Part shown: in pieces, positions 1 through 10,746 of the stretch | Layout of the letters: every line of letters begins with the position of its first letter | How positions within the stretch are numbered: the first letter of the stretch is position 1 | NCBI GenBank assembly: GCA_965198175.1 | Contig: OZ240245.1 | Location: 2,304,001 to 2,368,000, forward strand | Source of the DNA: Candidatus Poribacteria bacterium | GTDB taxonomy: Bacteria > Poribacteria > WGA-4E > PCPOR2b | Direction: 5' to 3' | Length of the DNA: 64,000 nucleotides | Translations under genes and position numbers: made by a program | The notes under the pieces: model-generated | Databases searched by the model: none | Told to the model about the DNA's origin: nothing | Seen by the model: only the letters and a program-made list of their open reading frames with translations

Positions 1-136
1 CAACGACATCTGGAGACGCTTTAAACAGCGTTGCTCCATCGCACTCATAGACGGAAAGCGCAGTTGAATCAGTGAGGACGTTCACCGCTCCGACGAGATC
101 CGAGAGTTCACCGATTACGCGTTTTTTTTCGATCAT
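1..136 (-). CDS. N-terminus of FAD-linked oxidase, glycolate oxidase GlcD-like (runs off window start)
   Basis: Manual translation from ATG at 136: MIEKKRVIGELSDLVGAVNVLTDSTALSVYECDGATLFKASPDVV; the YECDG...PDVV motif is typical of GlcD/FAD_binding_4 N-termini; not in the ORF track. Confidence 0.65.
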   Translation of the reverse strand, partial: MIEKKRVIGELSDLVGAVNVLTDSTALSVYECDGATLFKASPDVV

Positions 137-250
137 CTGGGATACCTTCAAGGTATATCATCTATCACTCATCACATACATTGTCTTGAGTAAGAGTAAT
201 CTCGAATTGGGCAATTATCAGTTCGGAATTTTTTAATGGTTGTAATTTAG

Positions 251-3200
251 TCAGATAAAGTTGCCATATTTCGGCTGTTCTCTGACACGTGTGGTACGAT
301 TACTGGGCTTAGCGCAATTGTTGCCGAAAAGTTCCTCGATTTGTGAGACTAGCTTGGGCTGATAAGAGATGTTGTAGCGAGCGTTACATTGCGCAATAAC
401 CTCGCCGTACTTAGGGCTCATCAGACGCAGAATAAGATCGCAATCGCCACGATTCTGTAAGCAGAGTTTTTGTAACGCATCAATCTTCTCTGAATTATCG
501 ATATCTGTCTCAGGGATGGTGACTTCAACAGCAGATGTCATTTTTTCGACGACTTCATTGATTGGCTGCACTTCAGAAGCCTGAATCTGACGCACATCCT
601 CTTCCATTTCATCGTCATTTCGTTTGTTTCTCTGCCTTCCAGAGCCGACATTGCCCCGTATCCACACGATGTTCCCTGGTTCAATAGCCGACTGGGAATC
701 TTTGTATGCTTCTGGAAACACAACGACATCCGTGGCCCCTTCCAAATCTTCGATGACCATTATCGCCATCGGCTCGCCCTTCTTAGTTTTGGTTAGACGT
801 ACCGAAGCTATCAAGCCAGCGACGTATACTTCTGTGCCGTTGGAGTGTTCAACAAGGGTTTGTGCGGACGCAGTTGTATAATATTTGAGGATGTCATCAT
901 ATGCCTCCAACGGATGCCCAGAGAGGTAAAAGCCGAGTTGCTCTTTCTCGTTTTTTAGTAATTCATTATATGGCCACTTAGGTACATCATCAAGCACAAG
1001 TTGGGTAACTGGTATTTCTTGGTCAACAGCGCCAAAAAGATTCATTTGTCCCTTCTCTCGGTCTACTTGCGTACTCTGAGCCACTCTCATCACTTGCTCC
1101 AAGTTTGCCAAGTGTTTTGCTCTATGTCCTTCAAATGAATCGAATGCCCCTGCCATTATCAGGCTTTCAATAACCCGTTTGCTTGCCGACTTCGTATTGA
1201 CGCGCTCACAGAAATCTTGTAGTGATGTGAATGAACCATCCCTTTCTCGAGTTTTCACTATCGTTTCAATCGCACCTTCGTTGACATTCTTGACCGCAAC
1301 CAACCCAAAGCGGATATCCTTTCCGTCAACAGTGAAATCCCAACTGCTGCTGTTCACGTCGGGTGGAAGCACTTCCATCTTTATATTGAGAAATTCCGAC
1401 AACTCCCGGCATTCAGCGATGTACTTCACAATCTTATCGCTGGAACCGGATTCGCCACTCATCATTGACGCCATAAATTCACGGGGATAGTGAGTTTTGA
1501 GATAGGCTGTCTGATAAGACATAATCGAATAAGCGACTGTGTGTGCACGGTTAAAGGCGTATCGACCGAACGGTTCGAGATAGTCAAAAATTTCCTCCGC
1601 CTTTTCCGCTTTGATACCACTATTTACAGCACCATCAATGAATTTTGCGCGTTGCATTTTGACGACATCCATTTTCTTTTTGCTCATTGCATCGCAGAGA
1701 ACGGCGGCCTCGCCAAGCGTAAACCCAGCCATATCCCGTGCAATTTGCATCACCTGTTCCTGGTAGATACAAACGCCGTAAGTATTCTTTAGCGCATTTT
1801 CCAATGTCGGGTGAAGAGAGGTCACCTTCTCAACCTTAAGTTTTCGACGGATGTATTGATCCATCATACCGCTGTCAAGGGGTCCGGGGCGGTAAAGTGC
1901 AGAAATGGGTATGAAATCCTCAAAGTTGTTGGGTTTAATCTGCATGATGAGGCGGCGCATGCCCGGCGAGGTTTCTAACTGAAAGAGTCCCGCGACGAGG
2001 CCATGGCTGATTAACTGATATGTTTTTTCGTCATCGAGTGGAATCTCTTCAAGCGCAAGTTCAACACCGTGGCGCTCTTTAATCTGTGCGAGACAGTGGA
2101 AAACTTCACTTAAGGTTCGCAGACCGAGCAAGTCGAATTTGACCATGCCAACATCTTCAAGCATCTTGAGATTGTACTGTGTTGCAATACGGTCATTCTT
2201 GTCCTTGAAAAGTGGGACGTATTCAGTGAGAGGTCCGTTTGCCAATACAATTCCACATGCGTGGATGGAGACATGCCGCTTCATACCTTCAATCGATTTA
2301 GCGACCTCCATCATATCGCGATTGTCCGGGGTGTCAGCCAGCTCCCGCAAGCGTGGCACATCCTCCAATGACTCGCTAAGCGTGACTCCAGGAATGGCTG
2401 GAATTAATTGCGTAACCCTGCGAACATCTGACACCGCAATGTCGAGTGCACGTCCCACATCAGTAACGGCAGCTTTTGCAGCGAAAGTACTAAATGTTGC
2501 TACCTGTCCAACGCACTCTGCACCGTACTTATCCGTTAGGTAATCAATTACGATTTTCCGGTGTTCATCGCTGAAGTCGACGTCAATATCAGGCAGGCTA
2601 ACGCGCTCAAGATTTAGGAATCGCTCGAACAAGCAATCGTATTCTATTGGATTGTACGTTGTAACACCAAGCGCGTACATCGCCAAACTTCCACCAGACG
2701 ATCCGCGGCCAATGAAGGGAATACCCTGCTTTCGTGCAAAGCTGGCATAATCCCAAACAATCAGAAAATAGCCAGCGTATCCTGTCTTCTGGATCACATC
2801 AAGTTCATAGTCGAGTCGCGCTTTCATCTCTGTCGAGATTTCACCGTACTTTTCACGGAGCGCGTCATGGCAGAGCTCTGAAAGATACGAATCTGCTGTG
2901 TAACCGTTGGGAACTTCGTATTTCGGCATGATGTGTTCCCCGTAGTCGAGTTCAAGCTGGCATCGCTTAGCAATCTCAAGCGTATTCGTAATCGCTTCGG
3001 GCGGAAAATCTTTCAGCGCCACGTGCATCTCATCGGTGTTCTTAAAATAGAATTCGTTAAGGAAGCGGAGGCGGTTTTCTTCATTCACCGTGCGCTTCAT
3101 CTGAATACACAATAGCACATCATGCATCTTGTGATCCGACTTATCAAGATAGTGGCAGTCGTTTGTACCAACGATTGGCAGACCATGTTCTTGGGCGAGT

Positions 3201-3778
3201 TGCATTATCACCTGGTAGGCACGTTTCTCTTCAGGAATACCGTGATTCTGAACTTCGACGTACAAGTTGTCGCGCCCAATAACATCTTGCAGCACCCGAA
3301 AATTCTTTTCCGCCGTTTCGCGCTGGTTAGATGCCAAAAGCGCTGGGACATATCCCTGAATGCAGCCTGTCAGTGCGATGATGCCCTCACGGTATTCGCG
3401 TAAGATTTCCATATCGATTCGCGGCTTTGAATAAAATCCTTCAAGATAGCCGAGTGAAACAAGCCTCATTAGGTTTCGATAGCCTGTCGCGTTCTCTGCA
3501 AGCAGGGTCAGGTGATATGGACTGCCTTGCTCTTTCCCGCGCTCGTGTCGACTCTCAGGAGCAACATAGACCTCGCACCCAACAATTGGATTGACACCCT
3601 TGTCTTTTGCCTTCTTGTAGAATTCCCATGCGCCAAACATGTTGCCATGATCGGTCAGAGCGATTGCAGGTGTACTCGTTTGATAAGCCCAGTCAATCAT
3701 GCCTGCGATTCGACACGCACCATCAAGCAGACTGTACTCACTATGATTATGTAAATGTACAAACCCCGGTGTTGGCAT
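251..3778 (-). CDS. dnaE: DNA polymerase III alpha subunit
   Basis: 1175 aa; PHP domain (HLHNHSEYSLLDG, TDHG), GRGS, PDIDVDF catalytic motif, KFDLLGL, YAFNRAH, C-terminal OB fold. Confidence 0.98.
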   Translation of the reverse strand: MPTPGFVHLHNHSEYSLLDGACRIAGMIDWAYQTSTPAIALTDHGNMFGAWEFYKKAKDKGVNPIVGCEVYVAPESRHERGKEQGSPYHLTLLAENATGYRNLMRLVSLGYLEGFYSKPRIDMEILREYREGIIALTGCIQGYVPALLASNQRETAEKNFRVLQDVIGRDNLYVEVQNHGIPEEKRAYQVIMQLAQEHGLPIVGTNDCHYLDKSDHKMHDVLLCIQMKRTVNEENRLRFLNEFYFKNTDEMHVALKDFPPEAITNTLEIAKRCQLELDYGEHIMPKYEVPNGYTADSYLSELCHDALREKYGEISTEMKARLDYELDVIQKTGYAGYFLIVWDYASFARKQGIPFIGRGSSGGSLAMYALGVTTYNPIEYDCLFERFLNLERVSLPDIDVDFSDEHRKIVIDYLTDKYGAECVGQVATFSTFAAKAAVTDVGRALDIAVSDVRRVTQLIPAIPGVTLSESLEDVPRLRELADTPDNRDMMEVAKSIEGMKRHVSIHACGIVLANGPLTEYVPLFKDKNDRIATQYNLKMLEDVGMVKFDLLGLRTLSEVFHCLAQIKERHGVELALEEIPLDDEKTYQLISHGLVAGLFQLETSPGMRRLIMQIKPNNFEDFIPISALYRPGPLDSGMMDQYIRRKLKVEKVTSLHPTLENALKNTYGVCIYQEQVMQIARDMAGFTLGEAAVLCDAMSKKKMDVVKMQRAKFIDGAVNSGIKAEKAEEIFDYLEPFGRYAFNRAHTVAYSIMSYQTAYLKTHYPREFMASMMSGESGSSDKIVKYIAECRELSEFLNIKMEVLPPDVNSSSWDFTVDGKDIRFGLVAVKNVNEGAIETIVKTRERDGSFTSLQDFCERVNTKSASKRVIESLIMAGAFDSFEGHRAKHLANLEQVMRVAQSTQVDREKGQMNLFGAVDQEIPVTQLVLDDVPKWPYNELLKNEKEQLGFYLSGHPLEAYDDILKYYTTASAQTLVEHSNGTEVYVAGLIASVRLTKTKKGEPMAIMVIEDLEGATDVVVFPEAYKDSQSAIEPGNIVWIRGNVGSGRQRNKRNDDEMEEDVRQIQASEVQPINEVVEKMTSAVEVTIPETDIDNSEKIDALQKLCLQNRGDCDLILRLMSPKYGEVIAQCNARYNISYQPKLVSQIEELFGNNCAKPSNRTTRVREQPKYGNFI

Positions 3779-3974
3779 ATTTCACCCTTGTCTATTGCAG
3801 TTCGTAATACATCGTGTGTGGAAAGTAGGGCGTGTAAGTGTTGCGTAGACGTAAAGTGTCAAACGTGATTGTTAATTCAATCGCCATGTTCAAAGAACGT
3901 ACGAAGTGGTTTCCTTCTGAATCTCCCCGGCTGTTTCCTCTTTTCATTGTCCACCTTCTTAAACAGAGGGAAGT

Positions 3975-4805
3975 CTATTTCTGCAGTTTCGGAGGGGGAA
4001 GTCTCTTTTTGATCTCGTGAAAGCGTAGAGAATCTCGCCGGAGATTGGGCTTGCGCGGTCGACGAGCAATTTGTGAACGCACATTTTGAATCCGTTCATC
4101 AGTCGGTGGGTGCGTTGAAAAAAAACGTTCAAGTTGACCGGGTTGTCTTTTTTGTAATTTGCGCAGCGTTTCAAAGAACGTCGCTACGCCTTCCGGGTCA
4201 ATGCCGTCATCGTACATTCTCTGGACAGCGTACGCGTCAGCTTCTCTTTCGGCATCGCGACTATATTTCATCAGCGTCCCAGTCCTGGCGACGTTAGCAG
4301 CCAGTTTTTCCAATTGGTTTGGATCTTTCCCCAAAACTAACTGTTGCACTGCAGCAAAGCCGAGCTGCTTGGTTAACTGCTTTGCACCATGTCTGCCAAC
4401 AACGTGACCAATCTCGTGTCCCATCACACCTGCTAACTCAGATTCGTTTTCCGCAGCGCGGATGAGCCCAAGGTGTACATACACATAGCCGCCCGGTAAA
4501 GCAAAAGCGTTTACCGCCTCGGCGTCAACTACCTTGAAGTGATAGGCGATTTTATTCCTATTTGAATGTAGGACGAGTCGTTGCCCGAGTTCGTTGATGT
4601 ATTCTGTAACTACAGGGTCGCGCGTGTAGAGCGTAAGCTCCTTTTCCATCTCTGACGAGAAAAGATTACCAAGCTTTATCTCATCTTCTACACTAAAAAT
4701 ATTCACCTCACTTAATACCGTTGCGCAACTTGTCAATCCACTGATTGACAGCATAACGAAAATGAGATGAATAGTCATTCGGACGAGTATATTTATTTTG
4801 CGCAT
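3975..4805 (-). CDS. M48 family Zn metalloprotease (BepA/LoiP-like), probable lipoprotein
   Basis: NAFALPGG, HEIGH zinc motif, YSRDAEREAD, STHP; hydrophobic signal with LTSC lipobox. Confidence 0.9.
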   Translation of the reverse strand: MRKINILVRMTIHLIFVMLSISGLTSCATVLSEVNIFSVEDEIKLGNLFSSEMEKELTLYTRDPVVTEYINELGQRLVLHSNRNKIAYHFKVVDAEAVNAFALPGGYVYVHLGLIRAAENESELAGVMGHEIGHVVGRHGAKQLTKQLGFAAVQQLVLGKDPNQLEKLAANVARTGTLMKYSRDAEREADAYAVQRMYDDGIDPEGVATFFETLRKLQKRQPGQLERFFSTHPPTDERIQNVRSQIARRPRKPNLRRDSLRFHEIKKRLPPPKLQK

Positions 4806-5013
4806 TGGCGAGGTTTAGTTTCTTTGCATCAAAATTTCGTTCTTATGCTCAATATTGTAGTATTCGGGGAGCTGCAATTTGCAAGTTGATTTCGTCACAT
4901 TTGTAGCAATTGAATCGATTCATGATCTGTATTATAACCTATTTCCTGAAGGCTGTAAAGTAGTCTCCATTGTACAGGCAAAAAATCGCAAGAAACAAAC
5001 CGGACATTCGAGG

Positions 5014-5679
5014 TTATGGTTTAACAGTTTTGAAATAGAGGCAGTATGTCGTGAAAGGGCACCGATCACATTCAGGTTTTCGGGCATGACAAATCTGCCG
5101 TCCAAAGGTAATTAAGTTCATATGAAACGGAAGCGACTTTCCCAGCGGGACGATTTGTGGCATCACTTCATGTGCCTTTTCCGCAGTACAATTCGACGGT
5201 ACCAATCCAAGTCGCCGACTAATCCGTAGAACGTGTGTATCGACGGGAAAAACCTCATGTCCGCAAGCGAAGGTAAGTGTGACTGAAGCAGTTTTAATAC
5301 CGATACCTTTGTGCTGACACAGGAGTTGGATAGCTTCCGCTGTTTTCATTCCGCAAATAAACTCCAAATCCAGCTTCCCACCATCCGCCTTAAGCCATGT
5401 CAGGAAATTTTTAATCGTCTGGCTTTTCTGTACATGCAGACCTGCAATTCTGATTGTCTCTCCAATCTCCTCGACATCTGCTTCGCGTACCTCCTCCCAT
5501 ATGGGGAAACGCTCCTTGAGAGCCGTGAAACCCTTGTCACGATTAACGTCGTTAGTGTTTTGAGATAGGACAGTACGAATAAGACAATCCAGAACGTTCG
5601 TGTCCGCTTCACGCTCAGGGATGCCGTAAAGTTTTTCTAAAGTATCGGAAATTTTCTGTGTTCTCCGTTTAAGATTCAA
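5014..5679 (-). CDS. Endonuclease III-like HhH-GPD DNA glycosylase
   Basis: LSQNT, HhH KGIGIKTA, FPVDTH, 4Fe-4S motif CHARKPECDRCPFTTYC; TTG start with GGAGG RBS. Confidence 0.9.
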   Translation of the reverse strand: MNLKRRTQKISDTLEKLYGIPEREADTNVLDCLIRTVLSQNTNDVNRDKGFTALKERFPIWEEVREADVEEIGETIRIAGLHVQKSQTIKNFLTWLKADGGKLDLEFICGMKTAEAIQLLCQHKGIGIKTASVTLTFACGHEVFPVDTHVLRISRRLGLVPSNCTAEKAHEVMPQIVPLGKSLPFHMNLITFGRQICHARKPECDRCPFTTYCLYFKTVKP

Positions 5680-5744
5680 ATAATACCTCCAAACGGAATA
5701 GTAGGTTTGTTCATTGAAGCGTATTAACCAAACGGTATATTCCG

Positions 5745-6935
5745 CTAAAACACACGATAATTGAGTGTTATCAGAAAATTCTGTTTTAGCTTGGTTTGCC
5801 CACGCTTTTCCAATTCTACACTCGTTGTCAAATTGATTTGGTTTTCGATAAAGAAGACAAAAACCAGTTTTAACGAATTGTTTATCTGCGCGTCATCGTG
5901 TTTCGCTCGTTTTTCTATTTCTAGCAGATGGCGAGTGACAAAATCGATACGATTGGTCACTTCATAGGAGAAATCGCTTGCTGAGATGATATTGTACGTT
6001 CTGAGAAAATTTCCTCCGACTTGGCTATTGGCGGTGAATCGTTCGTTGAGTTGAGCGCGCCAATTGATTGGCAGTGAATACCTTGCGGTAATATCCGCGG
6101 CAGGAGCAACACGTTTTTCTAAGGATTCGGACGTCAATAATTCAAGTTTGGCGCCCAATGTGACATCCCAGCCATAAAATCGATCGGAAATATTCTCCCG
6201 AAACAACACCTCGTCCATTCTCAGTATGCCCACGGCGTCTATTTCCTCCCTTTTCAACATTTTAGAATGTTTGATTATTTCTGCCATGTCATCGTACCAA
6301 AAACGCTTAAACGCCTCTCTATAACGTGTCCTGTATTCTCCGCGCTTTTCAATGATCTGGCCCAATTTTACCATGGTTTCTGCCGGCAAATCATCGTGCA
6401 GTTGATCGGAATACAACAGAAAATCTTCAATTCGCACAGCCTTCGCCAAGGCTGTCGCGTTAATAAAGCGTCCGAACCCAAAACCAATTGTGACATCTAG
6501 AGTCGGGTGATTGTAGCTTTTCAGGTATGCGCTGTGGGGATTCACAGATCCAAAGAATTTTCGGTGCGGCCAGATGTATCGCCTTAGCCGCCAATCTATA
6601 TCTGCGTTGTAATCGTTAGAATGTCTCTCTCGAGATGCCGCCCAAATCAGGTCGAATGAATATCCGTAAGTCAAAGACTCGTAAAAGGTGTTATACACTG
6701 TTCCAATTCTACCGTGATTACTGGTTGTCTCCTTTCCATCACTCGCATAGTTGTAGTTAAAATCAATTAGAAAACTGTGTGCCGAACTCACGGGGACCTT
6801 ATAGTCTTTGATTAATAAATTTTGGGAAAACGCCTCGGTTCCTGTGATTACAAATGCTAAATAAATAAGATTCGTTGCAATGCGTTTCATATCAGATTTT
6901 CCTAGTCGAGACAACGGCAGAATTATGCAAATCAT
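5745..6935 (-). CDS. Uncharacterised outer-membrane beta-barrel-like protein (paralog B)
   Basis: Signal peptide (likely start MKRIATN), amphipathic beta strands, C-terminal LNYRVF; paralog of 7820..9049. Confidence 0.7.
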   Translation of the reverse strand: MICIILPLSRLGKSDMKRIATNLIYLAFVITGTEAFSQNLLIKDYKVPVSSAHSFLIDFNYNYASDGKETTSNHGRIGTVYNTFYESLTYGYSFDLIWAASRERHSNDYNADIDWRLRRYIWPHRKFFGSVNPHSAYLKSYNHPTLDVTIGFGFGRFINATALAKAVRIEDFLLYSDQLHDDLPAETMVKLGQIIEKRGEYRTRYREAFKRFWYDDMAEIIKHSKMLKREEIDAVGILRMDEVLFRENISDRFYGWDVTLGAKLELLTSESLEKRVAPAADITARYSLPINWRAQLNERFTANSQVGGNFLRTYNIISASDFSYEVTNRIDFVTRHLLEIEKRAKHDDAQINNSLKLVFVFFIENQINLTTSVELEKRGQTKLKQNFLITLNYRVF

Positions 6936-7000
6936 GAGTCAAATAGCGCTGTCTTTAATTCCTACGTCTTGGTTGTCTCTATAACTCAAATGTCACAGTC

Positions 7001-7819
7001 CTACCGTTCATTGGAAAGAACTTCATATTTCACGAGCGTAATGATATTCTCGTCTTTTGAATCCTTTTGCTTAATAACCCTATACGGGTATTCCTTCTCA
7101 ACCCAAAATAGGAATTTGGTTTTAACGATTTTTCCCTTTAGCCCGGAGACACCTGTTTCAATGAAGTAACAGTCGAAAGTACCCAATGTCGTTTTAATTT
7201 TTTGTTCGGCTTTGATCTTGGCGTACACTCCTACTACGTGATCGGCGGTGACAAGTATAAATTTCACCTTCTCCTTTTTGAATGGATAACCGCGAATCAC
7301 TTCTAAAATCGTATTGACATCGTAGCTATCCTCTCGAATCTCCTTCACTACATTTCGCTTTGGACCAGGATAGATAAAACGGACGCGCTGTTCGGAGCGA
7401 TGTTTATAGTATTCGATGGAGTATTTTTGCTGTCCGGAATCGTCGCGTTGTTCGATGGAGACTGGTCGGAGGTTATCTGCCCTCACAACCAATCTCTGGG
7501 AATCTGTTGAGATAACATAAACGACTTGGCCTTCGTAATTTTCGCGTGCAATTTTATGGATTGAGAAATGGATTTTGCCCTTTTGGTTAACCTCATAGGT
7601 AGACTTTTCTATGGTTGGGAAATGAGGGTCACGGAATGGCGGCGGTTTAACGTCGCATAACCCAATCGAAGTCAAAACGGTAGGGAAAAAGATTAACCCA
7701 CTGAACACTAAGCGTGAAAGGTGAAGCGTATAATGTGCAATGAAAATCCTCGAATTAGCAAATCCAAAACATCTTCCCATTTGCATCTTTGCCCATTGTC
7801 CGATTCGCGTTTCATTCAA
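7001..7819 (-). CDS. Exported beta-rich protein, DUF3108-like (start uncertain)
   Basis: Hydrophobic N-terminal segment; IKTTLGTFDCYFIE...FWVEKEYPYRVIK resembles the DUF3108 C-terminal motif. Confidence 0.55.
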   Translation of the reverse strand: MNETRIGQWAKMQMGRCFGFANSRIFIAHYTLHLSRLVFSGLIFFPTVLTSIGLCDVKPPPFRDPHFPTIEKSTYEVNQKGKIHFSIHKIARENYEGQVVYVISTDSQRLVVRADNLRPVSIEQRDDSGQQKYSIEYYKHRSEQRVRFIYPGPKRNVVKEIREDSYDVNTILEVIRGYPFKKEKVKFILVTADHVVGVYAKIKAEQKIKTTLGTFDCYFIETGVSGLKGKIVKTKFLFWVEKEYPYRVIKQKDSKDENIITLVKYEVLSNER

Positions 7820-9049
7820 CTAGAAGACGCGGTAGTTGAGTGCAATGGTAAAATTGGTAGTGATGCTTTCCTCTGGCGCCTTTTCGATCTGTTGCGTTGC
7901 CACCAAGTTTACGTTGTTCTCGATGTAGTAGAGGAACGAAAGTCCGAACGAATGGCTAGCCTGTGTGTCCTCTGCTTCGGGTTTTTCTAACCGAATCAGA
8001 TGTCGAAGGCGAAGGTCGACGCGGTTGGACAGTTCGTAAGAAATATCGCTTGACAGCGACGACGAGTATGCTTTTCCCAACCCATCAAATGGTGTGTTGA
8101 TTGAAATACGCTCGCTGACCTGCCACCGCCACGTAATTGGGCGGGCATAGCTGGCACTCAAATCAAGATTGACGGGTGGACGATTTTCGCCTGTAATCGG
8201 TCTGGAGATATCGAATTTGGAGCCGAGGGTTACGTCCCATCCGTAAAACCGATCTGCGATATGCTCACGTTCAAGAACTTCCTCAATGCGAAGAATTCCG
8301 ACTGCACCGAGCGCATCTTCCTTGAGAAGACCCGACTCACGCATAATCGCTTCCATGTCGTCATACCACTCTTTTTCGTAGGTCTCACCATATCTGTCTT
8401 CATATTCTCTTTCACGATTGATAATTTTGCTAATTTCAAGAATCGCTGCTTTGGGCAGATGGTCTCTGAGTTCTCCCTCTCTAATGAGAAATGTTTCAAT
8501 CCGAACTGCTTTTGCTAGTGCAGTTGCTTCAATGAGTCGCCCATATCCTAAACCAACAGTGACTGCAGAAGCGGGTTGATCGTAATCCCTGCGCATGTTC
8601 GAATTGAAACGCACGGAACCAAATAAATTTCTGAGCGACTTATGATTCTGCATAAGATACTTTTTGACACGTGCATCTCCATCCGCATGATAATCTGTTT
8701 TATACGCTTGTTTTTCTATGTTTCTATCGACCAGTCCTGAACCAATAATGTCAATGGAATATCCGAATGGCAAGGAATCATAAAACCTATTGTAGACACT
8801 GCCAATGCTTCCTGTGCTGGTTGTAATAGTCGAGCCTGTTGCGGCGTGGTTCATGGAGAAATCAATAAAGAGGCGATCCGCAGTGCTAACTGGCACTTGA
8901 TAGTCAGTAACAGAAATCTTCTGCGCAGACACGTTGCTCGCGACAAGAGCAGAGATTGCGATTATTAATATACCCCAACTCAGTCCACTGAACATGCCTT
9001 TCCCTTTGAAATCATAGCGGTTTGTTGCAAAGACGATTGTCAAGCTCAT
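7820..9049 (-). CDS. Uncharacterised outer-membrane beta-barrel-like protein (paralog A)
   Basis: Signal peptide ending VSA-Q, beta strands, C-terminal LNYRVF; shares DYxVPVS, ATALAKAVRIE and DRFYGWDVTLG with 5745..6935. Confidence 0.7.
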   Translation of the reverse strand: MSLTIVFATNRYDFKGKGMFSGLSWGILIIAISALVASNVSAQKISVTDYQVPVSTADRLFIDFSMNHAATGSTITTSTGSIGSVYNRFYDSLPFGYSIDIIGSGLVDRNIEKQAYKTDYHADGDARVKKYLMQNHKSLRNLFGSVRFNSNMRRDYDQPASAVTVGLGYGRLIEATALAKAVRIETFLIREGELRDHLPKAAILEISKIINREREYEDRYGETYEKEWYDDMEAIMRESGLLKEDALGAVGILRIEEVLEREHIADRFYGWDVTLGSKFDISRPITGENRPPVNLDLSASYARPITWRWQVSERISINTPFDGLGKAYSSSLSSDISYELSNRVDLRLRHLIRLEKPEAEDTQASHSFGLSFLYYIENNVNLVATQQIEKAPEESITTNFTIALNYRVF

Positions 9050-9078
9050 ACAGCTATTGCAGTCACAGTGTGGTGCGA

Positions 9079-10494
9079 TCAGGGAAAGATTCCCAATTCC
9101 AGATAAGATCGAGCAACCTTGTTGATTGCACTGATGAAGGAAGCTACTCTGAGATCTGTTTCTCTTGCATGTTGTTTCTGGATTTCTCTGATTTCGTGAT
9201 AGGCGTCAATCATCGTATCCTCAAGACCGGAGTTTACTAGGTCGAGCTCACCCGCGCCGCGCGATAATCGGCTGACTTCTTTTTCTGGGAACGCTTTTCC
9301 TGTCATTTTTTCGATTGCACTCAACATGTTTTGGTTTGAGCTTTCTTCAAAACGTTTCTCTAACCGTCCAAACCGCACATGCGATAGATTCTTAAGCCAC
9401 TCGAAATAGGAAACCGTTACCCCACCTGCATTCAGATACGAATCGGGAAGAATCATTGCGCCTTTCTCCTTGAGTATGTCGTGCGCCGCGGGTGTCGTTG
9501 GGCCGTTTGCCGCTTCCCCGATAATCTTAGCCTGAATGCGCGGTGCGTTTTCGTGCGTAATCTGATTTTCCAGCGCAGCGGGAATGAGAATGTCACACGC
9601 CAACTCAAGGGCTTCCGAGGAAAGCTCGATATTGGTCGCGTCGGGAAAATTAAGAATCGATCCACTCTCGCGTCGATGTTCCATAACCCTTTCGAGTTCT
9701 AATCCCTTTGCATTGTAGATTGCCCCTTCATACTCGGCCAATCCACAAATAACGGCGCCGCTTTCTTGCAAAAATTTTGCAACGTGGTACCCCACATTTC
9801 CGAGCCCCTGCACGACGACCGATTTGCCCTCCAGTCCCGGAGATAGACCGAGCGGCTTCATATCCTCCGCAAGACTACAAGCTTCACGGATGCCGAAGTA
9901 TACCCCTCTGCCAGTCGCCTCCCTCCTTCCACGGATTCCGCCCTGCGATATCGGCTTTCCGGTGACACACGCCATCACCTCCAGCTTCTCTGGAGCCAGC
10001 GCATTGTAGGTGCCAAAAATCCACGCCATTTCACGTCCGCTCGTTCCGTAGTCCGGAGCTGGCACATCAACGCCAGGACCGATGAAATTCTTCATTACCA
10101 ATTCATAGGTATAGCGCCGTGTGATACGTTCGAGTTCGCCAGGCGAAAATTTCCATTTCGCGATCTTGATTCCGCCCTTGGCGCCTCCGAACGGCACATC
10201 GACGATGGCGCATTTATATGTCATCAGTGCGGCGAGCGCCATAACTTCATCTTCATTGACCAACATACTATAGCGGATGCCGCCCTTCGTCGGCAGTTTG
10301 TGATGACTGTGTTCCGCCCGCCACGCGTGAATCGTCTCAATCGTACCGTCATCCTTTTCGAGAGGAAAGGTCATGTGATAAACGCTGTTACAAATTTTGA
10401 TTTGCTCTAACAGACCGGGGTGATGGGGTGTGAGTCTAGCAGCCTTGTCGAAGTTCAGATTGACCTGTTCAAAAAAAGGGGTTGTCTCTGACAT
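9079..10494 (-). CDS. gdhA: Glutamate dehydrogenase (Glu/Leu/Phe/Val DH family)
   Basis: [52 protein letters not shown]. Confidence 0.95.
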   Translation of the reverse strand: MSETTPFFEQVNLNFDKAARLTPHHPGLLEQIKICNSVYHMTFPLEKDDGTIETIHAWRAEHSHHKLPTKGGIRYSMLVNEDEVMALAALMTYKCAIVDVPFGGAKGGIKIAKWKFSPGELERITRRYTYELVMKNFIGPGVDVPAPDYGTSGREMAWIFGTYNALAPEKLEVMACVTGKPISQGGIRGRREATGRGVYFGIREACSLAEDMKPLGLSPGLEGKSVVVQGLGNVGYHVAKFLQESGAVICGLAEYEGAIYNAKGLELERVMEHRRESGSILNFPDATNIELSSEALELACDILIPAALENQITHENAPRIQAKIIGEAANGPTTPAAHDILKEKGAMILPDSYLNAGGVTVSYFEWLKNLSHVRFGRLEKRFEESSNQNMLSAIEKMTGKAFPEKEVSRLSRGAGELDLVNSGLEDTMIDAYHEIREIQKQHARETDLRVASFISAINKVARSYLELGIFP

Positions 10495-10606
10495 TGCACA
10501 CGCTCCTGTGAAAAGAAAAATAGTGCCTAATGGCGAGGCGAATCACGCTCCCTGCTCGTTACGCGTCCGTCGTTTAGCTCATCTTAATCTTGGAAACTTC
10601 AATTCT

Positions 10607-10635
10607 ATCATAGCACAGCTAGACAATTAAGACAA
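10607..10635 (-). promoter_or_regulatory. Sigma70-type promoter of gdh
   Basis: Minus strand TTGTCT-17 bp-TATGAT with a TGn extension, about 110 bp upstream of the gdh ATG. Confidence 0.55.
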
Positions 10636-10746
10636 CGGTTTAATTCACCCGCTTTTTCCTTCTAAAGTGAGGATAAGGCGCGTCGTCGAAAACTGTAATT
10701 GTGGATGCATCTTCCCACTGGTGCGGCAAGCAATTCCAATTAAAGA

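Noticed and set aside
251..3778. Intein in dnaE
   Set aside because: Normal length and continuous motifs; no splice-junction signatures
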